Origin: Planktothrix pseudagardhii
GTDB lineage: Bacteria > Cyanobacteriota > Cyanobacteriia > Cyanobacteriales > Microcoleaceae
Direction of reading: 5' to 3'
Length of the DNA stretch: 64,000 bases
Assembly: GCF_904830925.1 (NCBI RefSeq)
Contig: NZ_LR882967.1
Span: forward strand, 3,362,106-3,426,105
Shown: piece by piece, positions 17,685 to 28,013 of the stretch
Layout: each line of letters begins with the position of its first letter
How positions within the stretch are numbered: position 1 is the stretch's first letter
Program-made: the position numbers and the translations under genes
Notes under the pieces: model-generated
What the model was told of the DNA's origin: nothing
The model's database searches: none
The model's input: only the letters and a program-made list of their open reading frames with translations

Positions 17685-20600
17685 CTAGATAATGACAAAA
17701 TCACTAGGCGTAATTAAGGTACTAATATTGCTGGTTGCTGGATCAATAGACGGTAAAATTCCTAAATCAAAAGCCGGGAGACTATCATCACTTAAATTTG
17801 GATCATAGCCCATCACATAAGCACCCGGGAAAGCGGCATAAGACAAGTTATTGCGATAGACAAAGAAAGCGGCAGTATCACTGGAACCTTTTTGATTTTT
17901 CAAAGCTGCATTGACCGCTTGAACATTATCAAAGGTATCTTGGAAAATGATCACTTGTTTATTACTAATATCATCCCCTGTAGAACCCAGATTAGAAACG
18001 ATTATTCCTTGTAGAGGAACAACGGTTCCTTCTGCGGTGGTAAAACCGGGGAAACCAAGAGAACTAAACAGGAATCGATCATCGCCATTAACATTAAATT
18101 CTGTGATCACATCAACGCCTTCTGCGGGAGCTAAATAGTAGTAAGAATTATTACCCACATTCCCAATTAAACTATCAGCCCCGGAGCCTCCAGCTAAGGT
18201 ATCATCATCTTCACCACCAAAGATTGTGTCATTGCCACCATCCCCAAAGATGACGTCATTACCAATTCCCCCAAACAAACTATCTAAGCCATCTCCAGCA
18301 TAGATAGTATCTTCTCCAAAATCACCCAAAATCGAGTCATTTCCAGCTTCACCAAAGATGGAATCATCTCCCGTTCCTGCTGAAACGCTATCTGCCCCTG
18401 AACCACTACTAATAGTATCGTCTCCATCTCCACCGGTGATAGAATCATTGCCATCACCAGCAAAAATGGTGTCGTTATTCTCTCCGGCATCAATAGTATC
18501 GTTATCTGCACCCCCGAGAACTAAGTCTCGACCCACTCCGGCAAAAATTAGGTCTTGTCCTTCTTCTCCATACAGAGAATCATCTCCAGCATTTCCAGTG
18601 AGGGAATCATTTCCACTGCCCCCTAAAAGGGTATCGTTCCCAATACCACTAATGAGAATATCATCATTATTCCCACCGGAGAGTAAATTACTATCATCTC
18701 CAGCAACTAAGGTGTCATTCCCATCTTCTCCTAACAAGGTATTGCGACCTGCACCTCCATCCAGAGAGTCATTTCCTTGACCTCCAAATAGAGAATCATT
18801 CCCAATTTGACCCAGGAGAATATCGTCTTCTTCATCTCCTTGCACAACATCATTTCCTTCTCCCCCATCGAGAGAATCTCGTCCGCTTCCTCCTTGTAAA
18901 ACATCTCGGTTGCCTAGTCCTAAGAGGGTATCATTTCCAGCAAATCCTCTGATATTTTCACTTAAACCACTACCTGTAATGAAATCATCGCCGTCCGTAC
19001 CGGAAATAATATCATCAACAATGGTGATACTAAAGGCATTCTGGGTTGTCGTCCCAATGTTATCAGTGAGAACGAAAAGAAAGTCGTCTTCTCCTGATAG
19101 ATTTCGAGAATTATATTCAATGGAACCGTTGTTAATATTTTCTTGAGTAAACCTCTCTCCCACATTAATAACTTGAGGTGTAGACCCGATGGCTTGTAAA
19201 TTCCCTAAGCTGGGTTCTTGAGTAATTTGGTAAAAAATTTCATTCGGGGGATTATCAGGGTCTACTGCCAAAAGATTTCCAGCAGTAAGATTTTCCACAT
19301 CATTAAGCGCAATAATAATCCCATTATTCACTAATAATGTCGGGGGAACATTAACAGTGATTAAGACTTGAGCCGTGGACGTTAAGCCATAACTGTTTTG
19401 AATGGTATAGGGAAAGGTTGATGGCCCTGTAAAACCTGGAATAGGGGTGAACGTAATATTTCCTCCAGAGGTAATCGCTACACTACCATTGGCAACTGTC
19501 CCGGTACTGACTAACGTGAGTTGACTTCCTTGGGGGTCGGTGTCATTTACTAACACGTTAAAGGTGACAGAACCATCGGGAGTTCGTTTTACGGTGTCAT
19601 TTTGAGCAATGGGGGGTTGTAACGGGGGAGTGGTTGGCGTCGGTGGAGTCGTTGGTGTGGGAGTTGTTGGTGTGGGTGGTGTTGTTGGGGTGGGAGATGT
19701 TGTTGGTGTGGGTGGTGTTGTTGGAGTCGGTGGTGTTGTTGGAGTCGGTGGTGTTGTTGGTGTGGGTGGTGTTGTTGGAGTCGGTGGTGTTGTTGGAGTC
19801 GGTGGTGTTGTTGGAGATGGAGTTGGAATCGGAATAATCGTACCGGAAATGGGAGTAAAACTATCCGCGTTGATGGTGGTGCTATTTACCCCAATGAGAA
19901 CGGCAATATAATCTCCTGCACTGCCGTTTCTAATAATCGTATTCCCGGCATTTTCAGCACTTTGGGTAATCGATAAGTCACTAAATTGTAAACCCCCAGC
20001 TAAACCAATGCGATCGCCCAATTCAAAATCATTCACAATTTGAGCGTCTTCTAAATTCCCTCCTCCACTTTCGGGAGTCATCACGAAGGTATCATTTCCT
20101 GAGCCACCTGTGAGGGTATCAATGCCTTTACCACCCCAGAGAAAATCATCTCCAGTTTCACCCGAAATTTGATCATCTCCTTCGCCTCCGAAGGCAGTAT
20201 CGTTACCAACGCCACCAAATATTGTATCGTTGCCTTGATTTCCTTGGAGACTATCAGCACCGTCATTTCCAAACAACAAGTCTGCTTCGTCTCCGCCTGT
20301 TACCGTATCATTTCCAGCATCCCCCCAGAGGACATCACTACCTTTATCTCCATAGACAAGATCATTGCCTTCTCCACCTCTAACACTATCGCCTCCTTGA
20401 CCTCCATAAAGGCTATCATTTCCCAAATTCCCAATGACGGTATCGTTTCCGAGTTGTCCTAATCCAGTATCATCTCCTTCACTACCATCGAGAAAATCAT
20501 TATCCTTGCCGCCATTGAGTTCGTCGTTACCTTCTCCTCCGGTGAGGCTATCATTTCCTTCATTACCGTAGAGGGTATCATTGCCTTCATCCCCTCGAAG

Positions 20601-21320
20601 TTCATCATTTCCCGCTAAACCAAAGATGGTATCGTCTCCACCTAAACCGTTGATCACATCATTTCCAGAGGAACCTGTAATATAATCGCTGGTTTCTGTT
20701 CCTTTACCAATTCCTTCAATAATAATCGGGCGATTCCCCGCTAACACTTGAATAAAAACTTGGGCTGGGGCGGTTCCTTGTTCAATCGTATAACTAAAAC
20801 TATCGACTCCAAAAAAATTCGGGTCAGGAGTATAAGTAAAAATTCCAGCCCCATTAAACACTAAAGTTCCATTAGAAGTTGAGCTAAATTGAGCAATACT
20901 GATACTGGTTCCACTTCCTCCGGGAATAGAATCATTTTCCAGAACATTAAAAAAAGTTGCTTGTTCAAAGTTCGTCTGAAAAAAGTCATTATTAGCAATC
21001 GGAGCCGGATTTGTCCCGCCACTTCCAGAAGGTGTAGGTGTAGGGGGTGTGGTGGGGGATGTGGTGGGGGGTGTGGTGGGGGATGTTGTAGGAGGTGTTG
21101 TGGGGGTGGGAGATGTTGTGGGGGTGGGAGATGTTGTTGGGGTGGGTGCTGGGGGATTTTGAGGGACGAAAATTACATCACCATTGGCACCAGGTAACGT
21201 TTCTCCAACTAACCCGGTGAAGCTTTGAAAGATACCCGGAAGTTCTGTCGGAAAAATTAACAGGGTTTCCTCTGTATTAATAACTCTGGCCCTAACAGTA
21301 TTAATTGCTGCACTTGTCAT
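17685..21320 (-). CDS. Large secreted RTX-repeat protein (1211 aa) with Pro-Thr linkers
   Basis: Dense GGxGxDxxx repeats ([24 protein letters not shown]...). Two PT-rich linkers. The N-terminus MTSAAINT... resembles that of the upstream giant gene. Confidence 0.85.
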   Translation of the reverse strand: MTSAAINTVRARVINTEETLLIFPTELPGIFQSFTGLVGETLPGANGDVIFVPQNPPAPTPTTSPTPTTSPTPTTPPTTSPTTPPTTSPTTPPTPTPSGSGGTNPAPIANNDFFQTNFEQATFFNVLENDSIPGGSGTSISIAQFSSTSNGTLVFNGAGIFTYTPDPNFFGVDSFSYTIEQGTAPAQVFIQVLAGNRPIIIEGIGKGTETSDYITGSSGNDVINGLGGDDTIFGLAGNDELRGDEGNDTLYGNEGNDSLTGGEGNDELNGGKDNDFLDGSEGDDTGLGQLGNDTVIGNLGNDSLYGGQGGDSVRGGEGNDLVYGDKGSDVLWGDAGNDTVTGGDEADLLFGNDGADSLQGNQGNDTIFGGVGNDTAFGGEGDDQISGETGDDFLWGGKGIDTLTGGSGNDTFVMTPESGGGNLEDAQIVNDFELGDRIGLAGGLQFSDLSITQSAENAGNTIIRNGSAGDYIAVLIGVNSTTINADSFTPISGTIIPIPTPSPTTPPTPTTPPTPTTPPTPTTPPTPTTPPTPTTPPTPTTSPTPTTPPTPTTPTPTTPPTPTTPPLQPPIAQNDTVKRTPDGSVTFNVLVNDTDPQGSQLTLVSTGTVANGSVAITSGGNITFTPIPGFTGPSTFPYTIQNSYGLTSTAQVLITVNVPPTLLVNNGIIIALNDVENLTAGNLLAVDPDNPPNEIFYQITQEPSLGNLQAIGSTPQVINVGERFTQENINNGSIEYNSRNLSGEDDFLFVLTDNIGTTTQNAFSITIVDDIISGTDGDDFITGSGLSENIRGFAGNDTLLGLGNRDVLQGGSGRDSLDGGEGNDVVQGDEEDDILLGQIGNDSLFGGQGNDSLDGGAGRNTLLGEDGNDTLVAGDDSNLLSGGNNDDILISGIGNDTLLGGSGNDSLTGNAGDDSLYGEEGQDLIFAGVGRDLVLGGADNDTIDAGENNDTIFAGDGNDSITGGDGDDTISSGSGADSVSAGTGDDSIFGEAGNDSILGDFGEDTIYAGDGLDSLFGGIGNDVIFGDGGNDTIFGGEDDDTLAGGSGADSLIGNVGNNSYYYLAPAEGVDVITEFNVNGDDRFLFSSLGFPGFTTAEGTVVPLQGIIVSNLGSTGDDISNKQVIIFQDTFDNVQAVNAALKNQKGSSDTAAFFVYRNNLSYAAFPGAYVMGYDPNLSDDSLPAFDLGILPSIDPATSNISTLITPSDFVII

Positions 21321-21808
21321 TTCTTAGTCTCCTCATGAATAAACCCAAGCAATCAAATTAACTCCTTACACCCCAACCTCGTTTCATTTATAGCATTCCC
21401 AGAAGGGTTGATGATAGTAACATCAATTTCTATAAATTTATCGAATTCAATTGTTTACCTGAAAACAAACATAGCCAACTCCATTTTAATATTATTAGTA
21501 AAATTTTTCTATTTCAAAAATGAGTAAGCCTCCTTGCGGAAGCCTTCCAAAATTGAAAATTGTTGATTCAAAATGATGAAGAACTTAGAAAAAGAAAGAA
21601 GAAAAGTTAAAACTTGCACTTCATTGATTTTAAGTCCTTGTGTGAGATTTTATAGGTTAGTCTGAAGGTTAAATTTACCTTCTAGGGTGACTGTTTGGGT
21701 AGATGATCCTGTGCAAAAGTGGCGTCCCAACACTATCTCCTATATTATCTTATTTTTTCGCTTGTTCAATTTGAACCAATCGAAACCTAATATTCCCCAA
21801 CTTACAGT

Positions 21809-24052
21809 TCAATAATAATCCTGATTACTGATAACTGATAACTGATAAAGGGGGCCCAGTTGTTCTTGGCCATTAACCGCTAAATCACTGTGACACAGAA
21901 TTAAGCGATCGCTGACCCGACTCAACAAATCTACAATAATACGACGTAATCGTTGTAGATCAGCTTCCAACCCCTCTTCCACTGTCCAGGGACGATGCTC
22001 TCGTTCCCTTAAAAACAGGGGTGCTCCCCACAGAATACTTGCTCCCCCACTTAACCACAAGGGAGATCCTACATCAAGCCAAAAGTGCCAACGATGGGAT
22101 GCTCGACTGGCCCGATATTGGAAAATCGTTCCTAAAGTCACCCCCCCAGGTTTAATCCCCAAACTGGATATCGGATAGGGATTCGCAGAAACGACTCCTA
22201 GGCGCAATAACTGAATAAACTGACCCACTTGTTCTGAAGGGGTAACACCAGTTTGCAGTTGTAAACGATTCTGCACCTCCCAATAATGAATTGCCGTTTC
22301 CATTAACTCTCGCAGGACGGACAATTGATCGGGTCTTAAACTAGAATCATGAATTAAAAATTGCTGAATTCCCCGGTCTAACAGCACCACCGGACTGGCT
22401 AAGAGTCGTTGTTGATACTGTTGTTGTTGAACTTCAATCCAATGCAGAATCTGTTGGTAAGCTTGGGTCGCTTGATATCCCAACCGATCCCAACGGGGAA
22501 AAGCCGTCACCGGAAGCAACCGAGGATTTTCCCAATCTGGCACAAAACAATGATCCGCCAACAGACCAGCCCGTACAGGGTCAATCACAGGGGTTGACAA
22601 TTCCCTGTTCCCTGTTCCCTGTTCCCTGTTCCCTTCATAACTGAGGGTGACAAGCATTTCTGCGATCGCATCTCGGTGGACAAGGCGACCATTTCCCGGA
22701 TAAATCAAGGCCATGAGAGTTAATAAAGCTCGAACCAGGGGAGAACTGACGAGGGGACGTTGTTCTTGCATCGACTCCACCGTAATACCTGCATGGTTGA
22801 GCAGTTCTCGTAAGGTATAACGGGCAATGGCATCTAAACCGGGAGCAATAACGGCAATTTCATCGGGTTGTACTTGACCTGTTTTTACCCCAGCAATAAT
22901 CTGTTCAGCCGTTTGTCGCAGTAAATCAGCCCGTGATAGGGTTTGAATTGATTTAATATAAGGAGAAAATAAGAGGGAGTCAGGAAAGGCGATCGCATTT
23001 TCAAAGACTAATTCCAAAATCGGTTGCGCCAGGTATTTCCCTAAACCCCTGGGTGAATCTAAGGTTTCCACACGACAACGGGATTGTAAACTGGCGAGGT
23101 CATTGGGATCAGCCCCTAACCCCAACCGTACAGCCCCCTTTGGATTGTAGGTAAATGCAGCCATTTTTCCCTGCTCCAGAAAGAACTCAAACAAGTGGCG
23201 AGCGAGGGCGGGATATTCATCCACATCATCAGCTAAAACCACTGGATATCGACGCAGTAAGTGTTTTTGATAGATGGGATGATGCAGCAGGTGTTGACCA
23301 TAGAGGTCTGCAATTATCCCATAGGTGAGTAACCCCCGTTCTAAACACCAGTTTTGCCACTGTTTCAACCAAAAACCGATTTGTTGATTCAGGGTTTCTA
23401 TTGTCTGTCTGCGGGAGTCAAACCCCTGCTGTAAAATCTGAGGAATGTCTTCAATGGAGGTTCGACTCAGAGCAGCCAGTTGTAGAAGATCCAAGACTTG
23501 GCGCACCCTACGATTAACGCTAATCCCTGGACGTTCTAAGCTGTGGATTTCTAGATCACGACTCCAAAGTTGCAGCGCAAGTTCCTGTTCAGTTTCAGGA
23601 CGTAATCGCAGGGGAAATTGAGCTTTTAACCCTAACTTTTCGACTAATAGGGGCCAAAATAGAATCACTTCATCTTGAAAAAAGCCTAAAGGGGTTGTGG
23701 AGTAAAAAGAATATTGTCCCTGGGGTGTAGTGGTCAAACGCTCTGCTAAGACCATCCGATTATCACTATTAGCCGCAAAAATTAAGGTCGTCGTCCCCGT
23801 GAGTTGAAGCTTTAATCGGCTTTTTTCCGTTTTCTTTTTCCCCCGTTGGGGGTTGGGGCGTGTTCCCAATACAGGTGTCCATTCACAAAATAACTCAATG
23901 AGGCGAGTGGTTTTGCCACTACGGGAACCTCCAGTAATCCACAAAGCAGGAGACAGCACAGCAATCCGATAGAAATTTGCTAAGATATCCCGTACATTGT
24001 ACCGATCAAAAAGACAGTAGACAGCAGACAGGACAGAGCAAGTAGGAGGCAA
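21809..24052 (-). CDS. P-loop NTPase family protein (possibly UvrD/AddB-like helicase-nuclease subunit)
   Basis: Walker A motif ITGGSRSGKTTRL near the N-terminus. A DDVDEY motif resembles helicase motif II. The 747-aa ORF contains an in-frame (CCCTGTT)4 heptamer array. The functional assignment is tentative. Confidence 0.4.
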   Translation of the reverse strand: MPPTCSVLSAVYCLFDRYNVRDILANFYRIAVLSPALWITGGSRSGKTTRLIELFCEWTPVLGTRPNPQRGKKKTEKSRLKLQLTGTTTLIFAANSDNRMVLAERLTTTPQGQYSFYSTTPLGFFQDEVILFWPLLVEKLGLKAQFPLRLRPETEQELALQLWSRDLEIHSLERPGISVNRRVRQVLDLLQLAALSRTSIEDIPQILQQGFDSRRQTIETLNQQIGFWLKQWQNWCLERGLLTYGIIADLYGQHLLHHPIYQKHLLRRYPVVLADDVDEYPALARHLFEFFLEQGKMAAFTYNPKGAVRLGLGADPNDLASLQSRCRVETLDSPRGLGKYLAQPILELVFENAIAFPDSLLFSPYIKSIQTLSRADLLRQTAEQIIAGVKTGQVQPDEIAVIAPGLDAIARYTLRELLNHAGITVESMQEQRPLVSSPLVRALLTLMALIYPGNGRLVHRDAIAEMLVTLSYEGNREQGTGNRELSTPVIDPVRAGLLADHCFVPDWENPRLLPVTAFPRWDRLGYQATQAYQQILHWIEVQQQQYQQRLLASPVVLLDRGIQQFLIHDSSLRPDQLSVLRELMETAIHYWEVQNRLQLQTGVTPSEQVGQFIQLLRLGVVSANPYPISSLGIKPGGVTLGTIFQYRASRASHRWHFWLDVGSPLWLSGGASILWGAPLFLREREHRPWTVEEGLEADLQRLRRIIVDLLSRVSDRLILCHSDLAVNGQEQLGPLYQLSVISNQDYY
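21821..21849. repeat. Heptamer repeat (CTGATAA)n at the 3' end of the 21809-24052 gene
   Basis: ctgattactgataactgataactgataa. The repeat encodes the last residues of the ORF (LSVISNQDYY). Confidence 0.85.
22601..22634. repeat. (CCCTGTT)x4 heptamer array inside the coding sequence
   Basis: ttccctgttccctgttccctgttccctgttccctt, translated on the minus strand as ...EGNREQGTGNREL.... Confidence 0.85.
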
Positions 24053-24090
24053 CAGTCACAAGTCATACGATAGGGGACACTTGAAGACTC

Positions 24091-24126
24091 CTGACTGATA
24101 ACTGATAACTGATAACTGATAACTGA
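24091..24126. repeat. Heptamer repeat (CTGATAA)x5 between the 21809-24052 gene and pxcA
   Basis: ctgactgataactgataactgataactgataactga, ending immediately upstream of the pxcA ATG. Confidence 0.85.
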
Positions 24127-24129
24127 ACT

Positions 24130-25539
24130 ATGACGACTTCTAGCTCTAATTTCGTAAAACGATGGTTTGGGAATGCGAATCAATGGTTCCGTGATACACC
24201 CGAACGGGCTTTGGATCAAGCTTATGATGCGGCTTTAAAGATTCGTTCCCTGGAAAATGAGCATTTTCAAGGAGAAAAAATTCCCTCGGAATCTCATGCT
24301 GAATATAGCGATCGCGCTTTGGCTTATTTTAATTCTGAATTAAAAAAACATCTCAAAATGATTCAGACTCGCTTAATGGTATTTAATGCTAGTCGTTCGG
24401 TTTTGGGATTATCTGAACAACTCAATCCGGCCTCAACGGTGAACGGTAAAATTACCCATAATCTGGAACGAAATGGTTCATTACCTGACTCTAAAATTAT
24501 TTCTATTATCTGTGAAAAGCTCGATTATATTGATACGGTGATTTCTCGATACCACCCCATGCCACCGGAAGATTCCGTTGCTTTAATGAACGCGCCTACG
24601 AATCAATCTCTATTGCTACCGAACACAGTTATTAATCAAGATCTTAGCATTACAAATGCTCCGGGAACAAATAAATCTTTGAATAATGGAAGTCCGACTT
24701 CGAGTTCAGGAAAAACAATTCAACAGGATTTAACGACTAAACCTTCCCCCAGTGTTCTTCCTCGATCTTTACTGAGAACTTTAAATCGGGTTCAACAGGA
24801 ACTCAGACCAGAATCTGAGTTTGAAATGATCCAAAACTATCGAAAATCTAAAATCAAAACCCTTGTTTCTATCCGATTTGTTTTATTGTTAATTTTAATT
24901 CCCTTACTCACGCAACAATTGGCTAAAAATTTTGTAGTCGGCCCCCTTGTGGATCGAATTTTTACCAATCAAGAGCAAACGCCTATTTTTCTGAATGTTA
25001 ATATGGAGGAGGAAGCTTTTGTTGAACTTCAGCATTATGAACAACGGCTGAAATTTCAAACCTTAATTGGTCAAGCTCCTCCCCTAACCCCACAGGAACT
25101 CGATGAAAAATTAGAGGAAAAAGCCAAAGAATTAGCGGAAGAATATAAAGTTGACGGAAGTAACGCCATCAAAAATGTTTTTGCTGATATTATCGCTGTT
25201 TTCATGTTCTGTTTTGTGCTAGTTTCAAACCGGAAAGAGGTAGAGATTCTGAAATCCTTTATGGGGGATTTAATTTATGGATTGAGTGATAGTGCTAAAG
25301 CGTTTATCATTATTTTATCCACCGATATGTTTGTGGGGTTCCACTCTCCCCACGGTTGGGAAGTAATATTAGAAAGTACAGCGCGACATTTTGGACTCCC
25401 TGAAAATCGGGATTTTAATTTTCTGTTTATTGCTACTTTTCCGGTTATCCTAGATGCGGTGTTTAAATATTGGATTTTCCGATATCTCAACCGCAGTTCA
25501 CCTTCTGCTGTTTCTACCTATAAAACGATGAACGAGTAA
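24130..25539 (+). CDS. pxcA: Proton extrusion protein PxcA (CemA/Ycf10 family)
   Basis: The C-terminal region (FIIILSTDMFVGFHSPHGWEVILE...FIATFPVILDAVFKYWIFRYLNRSSPSAVSTYKTMNE) is the conserved CemA domain. Overall length (469 aa) and TM layout are typical for cyanobacterial PxcA. Confidence 0.85.
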   Translation: MTTSSSNFVKRWFGNANQWFRDTPERALDQAYDAALKIRSLENEHFQGEKIPSESHAEYSDRALAYFNSELKKHLKMIQTRLMVFNASRSVLGLSEQLNPASTVNGKITHNLERNGSLPDSKIISIICEKLDYIDTVISRYHPMPPEDSVALMNAPTNQSLLLPNTVINQDLSITNAPGTNKSLNNGSPTSSSGKTIQQDLTTKPSPSVLPRSLLRTLNRVQQELRPESEFEMIQNYRKSKIKTLVSIRFVLLLILIPLLTQQLAKNFVVGPLVDRIFTNQEQTPIFLNVNMEEEAFVELQHYEQRLKFQTLIGQAPPLTPQELDEKLEEKAKELAEEYKVDGSNAIKNVFADIIAVFMFCFVLVSNRKEVEILKSFMGDLIYGLSDSAKAFIIILSTDMFVGFHSPHGWEVILESTARHFGLPENRDFNFLFIATFPVILDAVFKYWIFRYLNRSSPSAVSTYKTMNE

Positions 25540-25550
25540 GGGTTATTGCA

Positions 25551-27857
25551 TTATTCCAGAATGGCAACACGGGCATAATTTAGCCCACTAACGCCCGGAA
25601 GGGGATCAACGATTCCAAATTCAATTTGAGAATTTACCCACCCTTCCCGATGCAAATAGCGAAAATATTGTTCATATTCTTGCCATTCTTCTTCTGTTGA
25701 ATAAACTAGGGTTAGCATTCCGGGTTGGGTAATGCGAATTTTGGTGTCTTTATCCACGCCTTTATCAATCCGTTTTTTAACAATCTCATACCGGATATCA
25801 CGGGTTCCTCGAACAGCAAAAATACCTTCGGTATTCTCATCATGAAAAATATCAATCGGGGTATATTGGACTAAGACTAAATGGGCTAAATCTAGGGTTA
25901 TTTTTTGTTCTGATTTTAAGCGAAATATCCTGCGGGCGCAATCACACATTGCCCTCAGTTGTTCATATCTTAAACTGCGGATATGAAAGGAGGTAAACCG
26001 AGAATCAATGGACTTTCCAACATAAATAATATGATCCATTCCATCACTAAATTCCATTTCACAATAATGGGGAAGAATAGCCTGCATTTGCTCTTGCCAG
26101 TGTGTCCAAACTTGTTGTAAATGATAGGTAATTAGGTTTAACATTTCATCATAGTAAGATCGGGCAGTATAAACACATCCATGTTCATTGTTACAAGCTT
26201 CTTTATACTGTTTTAAAGCAGTTTGTACCTTGGGACTACACTGAGAAAAACAATCAAAATAAATTTCTAAATGCTCTTTCAAATAATCCGTTGAACTCAT
26301 TTCAATTTCAACATTAATTTCTGTTTTAAGTTGAGTAATATAGTCTTGTAAATCCAGTTTAAGCTGTTCTCCTAATGAGGATTTTTGAGTTTCACATAAA
26401 GCTTCTACAATATTAATAGCTAATTGAAATTGTTCTAGTAAATCTACCTGAATCGCCCGATTTCGTTGTTCCGATGAACCTCGAATATCAGAAATTCCAT
26501 AGAGAGGATAAACGGTTTCAAAGATAATTGTTTCGGGTTGAAATCCCCAACTCCGGCGCTCTGCTTCTTGTAAAAATCGCCATTCAACGGAAGGATGAAT
26601 ATTGCGTAAGTTTGTGAATTGTTCTTGTAAACAATGGCAGAATGCTGTAATAAAAGCTGGGATTAATTGATAGGCATTTTTAACATCACTTAAGGTAAAA
26701 TGGTTGGGGTGATCACTCGTTAATCCTACCACCCCTAAAATTTGTTGACTTCCTTGTAAATTAACGGATTGAATCACTAAGGGAATTAATAAAACCGAAC
26801 GTATATTTAGCTTTCTTAAATAGCGTTCACAATCTGTAAAACACTGTTGTCTCAGGTCGGGAATATTAATGACTTGATTGTCTTGAAGTGCTTGTAACAT
26901 CGGAGAATCTTTTAAGGTATCCAGAGGATAAATGATGGGTTGGTGAAGGGGATTATTATTTAAACTCTGGGATAATTTGGCTTCTTGTCCTTGAATTCTC
27001 ATGACTAAACAAGTTTTAACTCGAAATAAAGCTTGTAATTGTTGTTGAATATTTTCCCATTGCTGAGATTGGACTATTAAATCTCGACTAATTAATTGAT
27101 GGGTAAGACGACGCATTTGTTCGGATTCTGTAATCTCTAATCCTTCTAACAAAAATACTCCCTTGACTTGATAGTTTTCTAAATTTAATTTTTGGGCAAT
27201 GTCATCTAAATTTCCAGGTTTTAAAAACCAACTTTCTCGCTCAGAGAAGGGCATTAAGTTAAATTTAAACTCTGCAAAGTCATCGAGTTGAGAATTAAGT
27301 TTTGTGATCTGTAATAAATCGGAATTTAACCAAATTTGAATAAATCGTTGTTCTGAAGTATTAGCTGAATTTAAAATAGCGATCGCCGACTGATTAAAGA
27401 GTTGTAAAGATTGTAAATCAATGTCATAATATTGCTTCAGAATGTGATGTAAGAGATGATAACGATAGAGTTGTTCAAAGGTTAAACTATCCCACTGTTG
27501 AAAGAGATCTGAAATTTTAATATTTAAGCCGTTAAAGAGTCCGTCTTCAATTTTAGGATTTTTATTTTTTCCCAGCAACTTCGCCGATAATCCCGTTTCT
27601 GACCCTAATAAAGTTGAATGAATCTTATAAACTTGACAAAATAATTCATTTCCATAACGCAAGATTAAAGTTTGTGGCTCAATTACTGCCATCAACAGAT
27701 GACTACAGCGCTGTAAATAGAATAACTGTTCTAAACTCTGTTTCCAATCCTGAAGGGGTTCAACTTTCTCGGACACGGTTAATGGTTCTGTAGACTCCGA
27801 TGATACAGTATCTTTAGAAAGTTTACCGTTAGTCGAAACCGACTTAGAAATAGTCAT
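25551..27857 (-). CDS. Large hypothetical protein with a GAF-like domain (768 aa)
   Basis: Central segment (LDTLKDSPMLQALQDNQVINIPDLRQ...RSVLLIPLVIQ...LGVVGLTSD) has a GAF-like pattern. The rest is unrecognised. Lies downstream of, and co-oriented with, the hybrid kinase gene. Confidence 0.4.
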   Translation of the reverse strand: MTISKSVSTNGKLSKDTVSSESTEPLTVSEKVEPLQDWKQSLEQLFYLQRCSHLLMAVIEPQTLILRYGNELFCQVYKIHSTLLGSETGLSAKLLGKNKNPKIEDGLFNGLNIKISDLFQQWDSLTFEQLYRYHLLHHILKQYYDIDLQSLQLFNQSAIAILNSANTSEQRFIQIWLNSDLLQITKLNSQLDDFAEFKFNLMPFSERESWFLKPGNLDDIAQKLNLENYQVKGVFLLEGLEITESEQMRRLTHQLISRDLIVQSQQWENIQQQLQALFRVKTCLVMRIQGQEAKLSQSLNNNPLHQPIIYPLDTLKDSPMLQALQDNQVINIPDLRQQCFTDCERYLRKLNIRSVLLIPLVIQSVNLQGSQQILGVVGLTSDHPNHFTLSDVKNAYQLIPAFITAFCHCLQEQFTNLRNIHPSVEWRFLQEAERRSWGFQPETIIFETVYPLYGISDIRGSSEQRNRAIQVDLLEQFQLAINIVEALCETQKSSLGEQLKLDLQDYITQLKTEINVEIEMSSTDYLKEHLEIYFDCFSQCSPKVQTALKQYKEACNNEHGCVYTARSYYDEMLNLITYHLQQVWTHWQEQMQAILPHYCEMEFSDGMDHIIYVGKSIDSRFTSFHIRSLRYEQLRAMCDCARRIFRLKSEQKITLDLAHLVLVQYTPIDIFHDENTEGIFAVRGTRDIRYEIVKKRIDKGVDKDTKIRITQPGMLTLVYSTEEEWQEYEQYFRYLHREGWVNSQIEFGIVDPLPGVSGLNYARVAILE

Positions 27858-28013
27858 AGCACAGCACCAAATTGGGGTGAAAGCTGAAGTTATCTCAATC
27901 TTCTACAGGTCGTATTTTTTTAGCTGCCCTATTTTCAGAAAGGTGCGAGGGCTATACCTATAATTTTATCAGGTTTTTGCCTGGGTGACAACCCCATCTG
28001 ATTCCTAACCGCT

